From: Patescibacteria group bacterium
Lineage (GTDB): Bacteria; Patescibacteriota; Microgenomatia; UBA10105; UBA927
Length of the DNA stretch: 64,000 bases
Assembly (NCBI GenBank): GCA_049322955.1
Contig: JBMOPU010000012.1
Location: 543,199-607,198, forward strand
Reading direction: 5' to 3'
A model generated the notes under the pieces. It made no database searches. It saw nothing but the letters and a program-made list of their open reading frames with translations, and had not been told where the DNA came from. Numbering within the stretch: position 1 is the first letter of the stretch; each line of letters begins with the position of its first letter. Shown piece by piece: positions 1 to 8,496 of the stretch. Made by a program: the position numbers and the translations under genes.

Positions 1-2
1 AA

Positions 3-575
3 GCGGCGGGCTTTGATGCCGTCATAACCGTTGAACTGCATTCAGAAAATGTCCTGCCGTATTTTACGATCCCCGTTACCGAACTCTCATCACACGGTCT
101 ATTGGGCAAGGCATTTTTCGAGGATACCGTGACATCATCCCTCACCCGTGCCGTTGTTGTCTCTCCCGATTACGGCGGAGTATCACGATCCGCACGGTTT
201 GCCGAAGAAATGAAGCTTCCTATTATCCATCTGACTAAAAAACGGGACGTTGAAACGGGAGCAGTAACCGTTACCGGCGCCGACGGAACGCTTTCGGGCA
301 CGACCGCCATCATGTTTGATGACATCATAAATACCGGAGCAACGGCGGTGAAAACGAGTGACTTCGTGTTACAAAACGGTGCCGTCGCGGTATATTTCCT
401 GGCAACCCACGGGGTGTTTGCGGGGAATGCGTCGCGCGTGTTGGCGGATTCGCGAATTACCAAAGTCATGGTTTCCGACACCATCAATATCCCCGAAAAG
501 AAAAAATTCCCGTCGCTTCAGATTGTCTCCGTAGCGAGCCTTATTGCGGATGCAATACAGAATCAAACCAAGTAA
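3..575 (+). CDS. prs: Ribose-phosphate pyrophosphokinase (PRPP synthetase), C-terminal part; 5' end lies outside the window
   Basis: The frame is open from nt 3 with no upstream stop. PRPP-binding loop DDIINTGATAV and the VVSPDYGGVSRSARFAE region are typical of Prs/PRTase type I. Confidence 0.85.
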   Translation, partial: AAGFDAVITVELHSENVLPYFTIPVTELSSHGLLGKAFFEDTVTSSLTRAVVVSPDYGGVSRSARFAEEMKLPIIHLTKKRDVETGAVTVTGADGTLSGTTAIMFDDIINTGATAVKTSDFVLQNGAVAVYFLATHGVFAGNASRVLADSRITKVMVSDTINIPEKKKFPSLQIVSVASLIADAIQNQTK

Positions 576-590
576 AATAGCAAAACCCGT

Positions 591-1214
591 ATGGCACTGC
601 TTCCAAAATCACTCTCCCGTGTTATTGAATCGTTTGAACGATTACCGGGTGTCGGTCCAAAAACAGCCCAGCGCCTCGCGTTTTATCTCCTGCATGTGCC
701 GCAGGAAAGCCTGGATCTTTTTGCCTCGTCTCTTACGGACTTAAAACGGCATACCGTCCTTTGTTCGCGATGCAAGAATGTTACCGAGGACGATCCGTGC
801 GTTGTCTGTCAAAGTCCGGGTAGGGATACCGGAATCATCTGTGTGGTCGAACAGCCGACCGACGTCCTTTCCATAGAAAAGACCGGGAAATATCAAGGTG
901 TTTATCATGTCTTACACGGCGCGATTGATCCCTTAAATAACATAGGCCCCGATGAAATATATCTTGCCGATCTGCTTACCCGTCTTGAAAAGAGTAATAC
1001 GTCCTCGTTAGAGGTTATCCTCGCCACCAACCCGAACATGGAAGGGGAGGCGACGGCCATGTATATAACCCGAAGTATTGCAACGCTCAACGCCCAAAAA
1101 GGTATGTCGATAAAAGTAACCCGGCTCGCGCACGGCTTGCCCGTGGGAGCCGATATCGAATATGCTGATGAGGTGACCTTATCGAGAGCGCTCGAAGGGA
1201 GAAGGGAATTCTAA
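591..1214 (+). CDS. recR: Recombination protein RecR
   Basis: N-terminal helix-hairpin-helix LPGVGPKTAQRLAFYLL, C4 zinc finger CSRCKNVTEDDPCVVC, Toprim-like C-terminus; 207 aa is the typical size. Confidence 0.9.
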   Translation: MALLPKSLSRVIESFERLPGVGPKTAQRLAFYLLHVPQESLDLFASSLTDLKRHTVLCSRCKNVTEDDPCVVCQSPGRDTGIICVVEQPTDVLSIEKTGKYQGVYHVLHGAIDPLNNIGPDEIYLADLLTRLEKSNTSSLEVILATNPNMEGEATAMYITRSIATLNAQKGMSIKVTRLAHGLPVGADIEYADEVTLSRALEGRREF

Positions 1215-1215
1215 T

Positions 1216-1521
1216 ATGGCGACAAAAAAACAGGTTGAAGATGTCTTGCGATCAATTCCGGATCCCGAAATAGGCGTTTCGTTGTGGGATCTTGGTCTTA
1301 TTTACGGCATAACGATAGACAAAAAAACGGGGCTTGTGACGGTACGTATGACCTTAACCACTATCGGATGTCCGTTGTTTAATCTGATAGCAGAACCGGT
1401 CAAAGAGCAGGTGGGACAATTAAAGGGGGTGACCGGCGTTGAAGTGGATCTGACGTTCGACCCACCCTGGAGTACGGAACGCATGAGCGAAGATGCCAAG
1501 AAACAGTTGGGCTTTGTATAA
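1216..1521 (+). CDS. DUF59 / MIP18-family Fe-S cluster assembly protein (SufT-like)
   Basis: About 100 aa with PDPEIGVSLWDLGLIY and a conserved Cys (TIGCPL), typical of the DUF59 family. Start lies 2 nt after the recR stop. Confidence 0.6.
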   Translation: MATKKQVEDVLRSIPDPEIGVSLWDLGLIYGITIDKKTGLVTVRMTLTTIGCPLFNLIAEPVKEQVGQLKGVTGVEVDLTFDPPWSTERMSEDAKKQLGFV

Positions 1522-1524
1522 CAT

Positions 1525-1998
1525 ATGGCGGGAACAGGAATCCTCAATCAGATAGGGGAATCATTCGAAACGATCGCACAAGACGTTGCCCGTGAAACGA
1601 CACAGGCTCCCAAAGACATGGTAGGGGCCGCTCTTGAAAGTGTCGGTATCACGACGGGAAAAAAGGGCACAAAACAGCAACAGGCAGTACAACAAGGGCA
1701 ACCTGAAGGCGCGGCTCCCGTTCCCGTAACCGGAGAGGTCAGTGATGAAGTGAAACGGGCAATCGCGCGCGCGGCGCTTGAGGAACTTTCAGGAAAACGG
1801 CCGAAACAAAAAGAATTATCCGTATGGGAAAAACTGCAACAGGAAGAAGAGCAAAAGAAAGAAATGGAAAAAAAGCGGAAAGAACAGGCGGCAAAGCAGG
1901 CTATACCGAAAACGACCGCAAAGCGAGCCCGCGGTGATCTGTACGGTGTCAAAGCGAAAAAATCCGCGGCGGAAAACCGCAACCTTCGGCAGGACTGA
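1525..1998 (+). CDS. Hypothetical Lys/Glu/Gln-rich protein (predicted coiled coil / low complexity)
   Basis: Complete ORF tightly packed between the DUF59 gene and cysS. C-terminal half is KEQ-rich (QQEEEQKKEMEKKRKEQAAKQ). No recognisable domain. Confidence 0.4.
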   Translation: MAGTGILNQIGESFETIAQDVARETTQAPKDMVGAALESVGITTGKKGTKQQQAVQQGQPEGAAPVPVTGEVSDEVKRAIARAALEELSGKRPKQKELSVWEKLQQEEEQKKEMEKKRKEQAAKQAIPKTTAKRARGDLYGVKAKKSAAENRNLRQD

Positions 1999-2015
1999 TA
2001 TAATTATGCACATAT

Positions 2016-3434
2016 ATGAAGCTCTATAATTCGCTTACCAAGACCATCGAAACATTTGTCCCCATAGTGCCTCCCAAAGTCGGTCTCTACACGTGCGGTA
2101 TGACGGTCTATGACTTTGCGCATATCGGTCACGGGAGAAAGTACGTCGGCGATGACCTGCTTCGCAGAATATTGACGCGTTTCGGTTATGAGGTGACGCA
2201 CGTACAAAATGTCACGGATGTCGGGCATTTGTCTTCGGATGCCGACAGTGGTGAGGACAAAATGGAAAAGGGTGCCAAGAAATACGGAAAAACCGTATGG
2301 GAAGTGGCACAGTTTTATACGGATCACTTTTATTCCACCATGGACAAGCTCAATATCATTCGCCCCACGGTGATCTGCAAGGCAACGGAGCATATTGCCG
2401 AGCAGATAGCACTTATCAAAACGCTTGTTACGAAGGGTCATGCGTATGATACGCCGGAGGCGGTATATTTTGACGTGACGAGCTTTGCGCCCTATGAAGA
2501 TTTGTTCGGCCGGCAAAAACTGGCGGACAAAAAAGCCGGCGTGCGGGATGCAGTCGTCGAAGGAGAACATAAAAAAAATGCGGCGGATTTCGCGCTATGG
2601 TTTAAGCGACAGGGTCGTTTTGCCGATCATGCGATGCATTGGGAAAGCCCGTGGGGTGACGGATTCCCGGGATGGCATATCGAATGTTCCGCAATGAGCA
2701 TGAAATATCTGGGTGATCAGATTGATATTCACACGGGCGGCATTGATCATATACCCGTGCATCATCCGAATGAAATTGCCCAAAGTGAGGGAGCGACGGG
2801 GAAACAGTTTGTCCGTTTTTGGGTGCACTATAATTTCCTCCGCGTGGACGGTAAGAAAATGAGCAAGAGTTTGGGCAATTTTTATACCGTCGAGGATGTT
2901 ATCACGCGTCATATTGATCCCATGGCACTCCGGTATTTTTACCTGACTGCTCATTATCGGAGCGAGCTTAACTTTACCTGGGAAGCGCTTTCTGCCGCGG
3001 AAAAAGCGTTGTCGGAATTACGGAAACAGGTACGTCAACTGGCGGACAAAAAGGAGCGGAATGTCTTGAGTGAGGAAAAACTTACAAAGGTCGATACATA
3101 TCGACAGCGTTTTGACGAGGCACTAAACAATGACATGAATACGCCGCAAGCCCTTGCCGTAGTGTGGGAGACGGTAAAGTCAAATATCCCGAGCGTTGAT
3201 AAATACGACCTGCTGATGAGTTTTGATGAAGTATTGGGACTCAAGTTGCACACGGAGAGCCAAGTAACGGCGAACGAATTACCCTCCGAAATCGAAGCGC
3301 TCGTACGGACTATGGAGCAATATCGTCAGGAAAAAAACTATCAGTCAGCGGACGCGATACGAAGCAAAATAACCGCCCAAGGCTACCAGGTGGCAATAAC
3401 CTCATCGGGAACGGCCGTTAAAAAAATAGAGTAA
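2016..3434 (+). CDS. cysS: Cysteinyl-tRNA synthetase
   Basis: HIGH motif (AHIGHGRKY), KMSKS motif (KMSKSLGN), zinc-binding Cys/His residues (CGMT, WHIEC); 472 aa. Confidence 0.95.
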   Translation: MKLYNSLTKTIETFVPIVPPKVGLYTCGMTVYDFAHIGHGRKYVGDDLLRRILTRFGYEVTHVQNVTDVGHLSSDADSGEDKMEKGAKKYGKTVWEVAQFYTDHFYSTMDKLNIIRPTVICKATEHIAEQIALIKTLVTKGHAYDTPEAVYFDVTSFAPYEDLFGRQKLADKKAGVRDAVVEGEHKKNAADFALWFKRQGRFADHAMHWESPWGDGFPGWHIECSAMSMKYLGDQIDIHTGGIDHIPVHHPNEIAQSEGATGKQFVRFWVHYNFLRVDGKKMSKSLGNFYTVEDVITRHIDPMALRYFYLTAHYRSELNFTWEALSAAEKALSELRKQVRQLADKKERNVLSEEKLTKVDTYRQRFDEALNNDMNTPQALAVVWETVKSNIPSVDKYDLLMSFDEVLGLKLHTESQVTANELPSEIEALVRTMEQYRQEKNYQSADAIRSKITAQGYQVAITSSGTAVKKIE

Positions 3435-3452
3435 CCGCGTGCTATACCCCGA

Positions 3453-3851
3453 TTATTTTGTAACGCTCATTTGTGCGGCAATCACCTGTTTCGCGGAAAC
3501 GTCAAAGGAATCCGAGTTAACCGTAAAACTGACTTTTACTCCCGGTACTGCGCTTACGAGGTCAAAGGATGCGGGAGGTGTGACTTTCCAGGTGCCGTAA
3601 TTGACCGCTTTGCCGCTTCTGCTTTCGGCGGCAAATTGGACATCCAAGACGGTGAGTTCGCGGGTAAGTGAATCAACGCTTTCGACGGTTCCTACCAGTT
3701 TAAGCGTATTGACGACGCCCGCTTTTGCGCGAATATCCGTTGCCCCGCCGCTATTTTTGACGGCGTTGATAATTGCGGTGGTGATGACGGCAACGACGAT
3801 AAGTCCCGCGAGCGCCATGACATAGATCATACTGTCAGGTTTTTTGTTCAT
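3453..3851 (-). CDS. Membrane-anchored hypothetical protein (N-terminal TM helix, extracytoplasmic beta-rich domain)
   Basis: Start placed at the internal ATG (MNKKPDSMIYVMALAGLIVVAVITT), which is preceded by GGAGGAA about 8 nt upstream. The ORF-track start at 3902 would overlap the upstream response-regulator gene. Last gene of a minus-strand operon. Confidence 0.55.
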   Translation of the reverse strand: MNKKPDSMIYVMALAGLIVVAVITTAIINAVKNSGGATDIRAKAGVVNTLKLVGTVESVDSLTRELTVLDVQFAAESRSGKAVNYGTWKVTPPASFDLVSAVPGVKVSFTVNSDSFDVSAKQVIAAQMSVTK

Positions 3852-3898
3852 AACATATTCCTCCGTCCATTGTATTTTTCCATGTTCGCGGAAGGAGG

Positions 3899-4276
3899 TC
3901 AAGACAGCCGGGTTATCCCGAGCATCTGCGTGATTTTTGTGACGACCTCGGCAAGCGATGTGTTTGTTTTTACCAGATAATCCGCTTTCACCGCGTTTGC
4001 CGATTCCTTTTCAGAATCGAGATTTGTGAGGAACAGCAGAGGAATTGCCGCCGTTTTCGGGTTCTGACGTAACTCGCGGGCTACATCAAATCCGTTCATT
4101 CCTCCCGGTAACATGACGTCAAGGATGACAAGATCAAACGGGCCGTCGGAAAGTGCGGTATGTATCCCTTCCTTTCCCGTGGTTACGGGAACAACCGTTA
4201 CATCATGGGGGATAAGCGCATCCTTGTACAGACTGTGCAGGGATACGTCATCCTCAACGAGCAATATTTTTTTCAT
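3899..4276 (-). CDS. Response regulator, receiver (CheY-like) domain only
   Basis: MKKILLVEDD..., phospho-acceptor Asp in LVILDVMLPG, conserved Lys in YLVK. No output domain. The ATG overlaps the kinase stop (ATATGA) and is preceded by GGAGG. Confidence 0.85.
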   Translation of the reverse strand: MKKILLVEDDVSLHSLYKDALIPHDVTVVPVTTGKEGIHTALSDGPFDLVILDVMLPGGMNGFDVARELRQNPKTAAIPLLFLTNLDSEKESANAVKADYLVKTNTSLAEVVTKITQMLGITRLS

Positions 4277-6204
4277 ATGCCTCCTTTTGCTTTCGGAATG
4301 GTAACGGTAACTTCGGTGCCGCGATCTCCCGAGGTCGGACTGGTAATGGTTACCGAACCGCCCCATGCTTCAGTATACGATTTGACGATAAATAATCCTA
4401 ATCCGGTTCCCTGCGCGTCCATATGCTTCGCGTTGGACGCCCGGTAAAACTTGGTAAAAAGATTGTGTTGCTCCGCCTTCGGGATACCGATGCCCGTGTC
4501 ATTCACGCGTACGGTGATTCCGGCGTTGGTCTTTTCTACGGTTACCGTGACCGTATCTGTGTCGTAGCTGTATTTTATGGCATTGGCAATAATGTTTCCC
4601 AACGCATCGCGAAAATGCTTCGGATCAAGTATCGCATAGAGTGATTCCCGGGGTGCGACAAGGGTGACGGTAATGTGACGGCGGTTTGCGAATTCCTCGT
4701 ATTCTTTGATGACTTTTTTGGTGAGCAACGCGATATTGCATTTTTCGGCGGCGGTGGGGAGATGCCCTTGAATAATGCGGGCGATATCTAACAGTTCGTT
4801 GACGGAATTAATCATTTTTTGGTTACTTTCGGCGATTGCCGTAAGTTGCTTTTTCACGTTTGCGGGAAGCCTTATTTTTGCTCCGATGAGCGCTTCCAAG
4901 TTCCAACGGATCGCCGTCAGCGGAGAGCGGAGCTGATGCGCCGCGGTCATGAGGAACTCGTCTTTTGCATCTTCCAGGTTTTTTTTATCCGTGATATCAC
5001 GGAAATTTACCACAACGGCCTGAACGGCAGGATCAAAAAGCAGATTTCTGCCGATGGTTTCGATCCATACCCAGGCACCGTCCTTTCGTTTCATGCGATA
5101 GTTACCGATGATCGAATCGTTCGGACGGAGAATAACGCTTGTAAGATCTTTTTTTGCCCGGGCGACATCTTCCGGATGAATGAAGGAAAACCCATTTCTT
5201 CCCACGACCTCCTCCGGAGTAAATCCGAGGACCGTTTCGGTGGACGGACTTGCGTAGGTTATGGCGGCTCCGGGATCAATAAGCACCACCGCATCCGTAT
5301 TTTTTTCAATGAGCGCCTGAAATCTCCGTTCCCGTACATACAATTTTTGATCGGTTCGCCTGCCGTCCTCAATTGCGGAAGCGACCGTCAGGCTCGTGAC
5401 ACCCACGATAACCATGAAAATCTGGAGCTGTAACAGTGCCTGGTTTATCGAAAAACCGCTCATGACAAACGGGCCCGTTCCGTGGATTGTCGCGTGAATG
5501 ACGAAGATCATGATAAGGGTAAGCACCGTTGCCGTTTCGCGAAGCTTAAAGCGAAATGCCGACCATATAAGCGGCAGGATAAAAAGATACGAGTGAGGAA
5601 AATGTTGCGTAAAAAGCATCACGTTAATTGCCGTAAGAAAAATCAGGAGCAACAAAAATTCGACAACTTTGATCGGTTGTATGCTGATGCGGGGTGCGGC
5701 ATACCATAACAAAAGTAGCGGTGTGAAGATAATTGCTCCTCCCATGTCCCCGAGCCACCACGTCGTCCAGATAGCGCCAAACTGCGCGATTTCGGCAAGT
5801 CCGGTAAGAATGAGCACAACGGTGCCTATGGTGGCGCTTATGACCGTCGCGACATCGCCGGCAAAAAACGCAAAGAGCACCACATACATCGGCCGTTCGA
5901 ATGCGGCTCTGCCGCCGGCGAACCGTTTGACAAGAAACGCCGCGATGAGTGCCTCCAGCGTATTTCCGATTGCAATTCCTACTGCCGCCGCCCAGACATC
6001 GCTCGTTGTAATATTGACGAGAAAGGCGCCGATAAAAATTGACGGCCATATGCGCGTGCCGAAAATAAGCAGGGAAGCGAGTGCGAATCCCGTCGCCGGC
6101 CATATTGCGGAGGCGCTGGGGTTAACGCTGGCAAACGCAAGACCGGCTTTTCCTAAGAGGAAATAACAAGCGGTGAGTACCGCAATAAGCGCAAAAAATT
6201 TCAT
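4273..6204 (-). CDS. Sensor histidine kinase: multi-pass membrane (MASE1-like) sensor - PAS - HisKA - HATPase_c
   Basis: About 8 predicted TM helices in the first ~270 aa, a PAS-like stretch (NTDAVVLIDPGAAITYASP...), H-box AAHQLRSPL, G-boxes NDTGIGI and GTGLGLFIV. Start set to the first ATG (MKFFALIAV); the ORF-track start at 6267 is TTG. Confidence 0.85.
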   Translation of the reverse strand: MKFFALIAVLTACYFLLGKAGLAFASVNPSASAIWPATGFALASLLIFGTRIWPSIFIGAFLVNITTSDVWAAAVGIAIGNTLEALIAAFLVKRFAGGRAAFERPMYVVLFAFFAGDVATVISATIGTVVLILTGLAEIAQFGAIWTTWWLGDMGGAIIFTPLLLLWYAAPRISIQPIKVVEFLLLLIFLTAINVMLFTQHFPHSYLFILPLIWSAFRFKLRETATVLTLIMIFVIHATIHGTGPFVMSGFSINQALLQLQIFMVIVGVTSLTVASAIEDGRRTDQKLYVRERRFQALIEKNTDAVVLIDPGAAITYASPSTETVLGFTPEEVVGRNGFSFIHPEDVARAKKDLTSVILRPNDSIIGNYRMKRKDGAWVWIETIGRNLLFDPAVQAVVVNFRDITDKKNLEDAKDEFLMTAAHQLRSPLTAIRWNLEALIGAKIRLPANVKKQLTAIAESNQKMINSVNELLDIARIIQGHLPTAAEKCNIALLTKKVIKEYEEFANRRHITVTLVAPRESLYAILDPKHFRDALGNIIANAIKYSYDTDTVTVTVEKTNAGITVRVNDTGIGIPKAEQHNLFTKFYRASNAKHMDAQGTGLGLFIVKSYTEAWGGSVTITSPTSGDRGTEVTVTIPKAKGGI

Positions 6205-6274
6205 CGGCGGCGTGGCAGTATTTTTCACCGTTATAGCTGTTGTACCCTTTTTGTCAAAAAAACACAACCGTTCG

Positions 6275-7417
6275 TTAACGCTTGATCCCGAGGCTCAAAA
6301 GTGCGCGGTCGGCTTGTAATTCCCAGGCAAGTGTCCGGGCAAATGCTTTTGCCTCGCGCCCCAGTTGTTCTCGTCTGGCGTCATCTTCCAGTAGTTCGAT
6401 GACGGTGCGGGCAAAGGTTTCGGTGTCGAACGGAGGGATGAGAATTACCCCATTGGGATATACCAGATGAGCAAGGTCGTACGTAACACCGGGGGTGGCG
6501 GTTGCAAGCGCTTCATCCATGGCAAGATTACCGGTGTCAAAATGAGATGCGGAAACAAAAAGACGACTTGCCGCAATGAGACGGAATTTTTCTTCCCTAT
6601 CTACGGGAGGGAGCACGGTGATAAGTTCCGTTAGTTTCAACGATGATATTTTTTTCTCAATTTCCTCCCGTTGAAATCCTGCCCCCGCAATGGCGAGTGT
6701 AGCTTTTGGTCGATTCCGCACCACCATTTGCCAAATATCGATAAGTTCGAGAATGTTTTTTTGCGGATGAAACCTGCCGATATAGAGGGCATCATATCGT
6801 TTTTTCGTGACGGTGCTATGCACTTGCGTTGCCATGGCGACATCCACGCCGCCCCGTATTGGAAAGGCGTTTTTGCCGTATCGCGCGGTAACATATGCGG
6901 CATCGATCGGACTTGCCGTCCATACCGTATCGGCAAAAAGCCGCATAAGACCGATGCCGATAAGGTAGGAAATCCAGAAAATGACACGATGGAGTACGGT
7001 TGCGCCGTAGGCGTGCCTCCACGGGGGAAGTAAAAAAATATAACACCCGACGGCAAGATGGGACGTTCGGTGTCGAAGTTTATCGATGATGGCGGGAAGA
7101 ATGTCCGGGAGACTCCAGGATGATGCGAAAATAATATCGGCCGCGGTATCACGGGAGCCAAGCGCACGGGAAATCGCATGAAAAAGATGTCGGATGCTCC
7201 CTATAAGTACCGAACGCGTTTTGTCCTCAGCCATGCCGACGGAGGAAAGTGCCGTTTCGGGAATCTGACGAGAACGAAAAAAATCTGACGCATCGGGATG
7301 AGTGACGATCGTTACCTGATGGTGTGTCGCTATCCAGCTTTTTGCAAACTCGGCGACGATGACATCACCGCCGCTTACGACTTCATGGTAACTATAGTCG
7401 TATATCCGTATATTCAT
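6275..7417 (-). CDS. Glycosyltransferase family 4 (GT-B fold, GT1/GT4-like)
   Basis: C-terminal sugar-nucleotide-binding half (RLFVSASHFDTGNLAMDEALATATPGV...) is typical of GT4. The ATG overlaps the stop of the upstream Kelch gene (ATGA). Confidence 0.7.
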   Translation of the reverse strand: MNIRIYDYSYHEVVSGGDVIVAEFAKSWIATHHQVTIVTHPDASDFFRSRQIPETALSSVGMAEDKTRSVLIGSIRHLFHAISRALGSRDTAADIIFASSWSLPDILPAIIDKLRHRTSHLAVGCYIFLLPPWRHAYGATVLHRVIFWISYLIGIGLMRLFADTVWTASPIDAAYVTARYGKNAFPIRGGVDVAMATQVHSTVTKKRYDALYIGRFHPQKNILELIDIWQMVVRNRPKATLAIAGAGFQREEIEKKISSLKLTELITVLPPVDREEKFRLIAASRLFVSASHFDTGNLAMDEALATATPGVTYDLAHLVYPNGVILIPPFDTETFARTVIELLEDDARREQLGREAKAFARTLAWELQADRALLSLGIKR

Positions 7418-8427
7418 CGGGAGAAAACATCGTGATGTCTGCTAAAGTCGTTGCTGAACATGCGGGTATTTCCGCCGAACACATGGACTGCTCCGTTGCA
7501 CTCCGCCGCCGCCGCGGCATAACGGGGCTCGCGAAGATCGGGCAATCGGGACCAGGATTCGGTTTTGGTATTGTAGGACAAAACGAACGGTACCACCGCC
7601 CAGCCCTGTTCACCCCCGAACGTAAGAATTTCGTTGCCTAAGGCGGCCGCGGCAAACCCGCACAGTCTCATGGGGAGTGGTGCGCCTTTTTTCCATTTAT
7701 CCGTTATCGGGTCATATATCTCATGGGTGGTGAGGGAGCCGAACCGATCGGTGGCATAACCGCCCAACACATGCAATTTGCCCGCGGAAACGGCGACCGC
7801 AAGATGTTCACGGGGGGTGGGCATGGGTGAAAGCGTTGTCCAGGTATCGTTTGCGATATCATACCGTTCAAGTGTCGCGTATTTCTTGTTGTAATCGGCG
7901 CCTCCAACCGCATACAGGAAATTGCCGATGCATGCGACCCCGAGCGCGCCGCGTTTCGTCGGCATTGGAGAAAGGGATGTCCATGAGTTTTGCTGCGGAT
8001 CGAATCGTGTCACCTCGTTGCGGGGGATGATACGTATGCCGCAACCGCCCACGACGTAGACGAACCGGCCGTCTGCGGCTACACCGGGATGATGGACAAC
8101 ATACGGCATGGACGGCTTTGTGCTCCAGGTGTTTGTCGTCGTATCGAAGGCTTCAAATCGCCCGGTGGGGAGCCATACAGACGGCTGAAAAATTCCTCCC
8201 GCGACATAGACCGTTTTACCGACGGCGGCGGCGCCGAATTCATACCGGTGCGTCGGTAGGTCAGGTGCCGCTTCCACCGTGTGTCGTATCTTTGATTCGG
8301 GGATCGGGACGGGTCCTTCGAAAAAAGAGCGATCGGGTCGGTGCCAGAGATCGCGAAGCACGTACAGTACCGCAAGACCTACTCTGGTGAGCCAAAAAAA
8401 CGGGATGAGGATAGGGTTATGTTCCAT
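7414..8427 (-). CDS. Kelch-repeat beta-propeller protein with N-terminal TM anchor (NanM-like)
   Basis: Repeated Kelch motifs (VYVAGG / VYVVGG / LYAVGG / LHVLGG / ILTFGG / VHVFGG, each followed about 45 aa later by W/Y), N-terminal hydrophobic helix. Confidence 0.7.
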   Translation of the reverse strand: MEHNPILIPFFWLTRVGLAVLYVLRDLWHRPDRSFFEGPVPIPESKIRHTVEAAPDLPTHRYEFGAAAVGKTVYVAGGIFQPSVWLPTGRFEAFDTTTNTWSTKPSMPYVVHHPGVAADGRFVYVVGGCGIRIIPRNEVTRFDPQQNSWTSLSPMPTKRGALGVACIGNFLYAVGGADYNKKYATLERYDIANDTWTTLSPMPTPREHLAVAVSAGKLHVLGGYATDRFGSLTTHEIYDPITDKWKKGAPLPMRLCGFAAAALGNEILTFGGEQGWAVVPFVLSYNTKTESWSRLPDLREPRYAAAAAECNGAVHVFGGNTRMFSNDFSRHHDVFSR

Positions 8428-8496
8428 CGGATGCTACACTATAGTATAACCGATTTTAGGAACAAACGGCTAAATGATGTAAGATAACATACATAA

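Noticed and set aside
4819-5433. 204-aa plus-strand ORF inside the histidine kinase gene; similar antisense ORFs occur at 1548..1982, 2004..2570, 34183..34647, 35035..35727, 55170..55715, 59525..60058
   Set aside because: These are shadow ORFs on the opposite strand of well-supported genes. They have low-complexity or Arg/Cys-rich composition and no motifs.
8428-8496. Divergent promoter between the Kelch operon and the ABC transporter (TTAGGA ... GTAAGAT)
   Set aside because: The hexamers match consensus only 3/6 and 4/6. Not reportable without TSS data.
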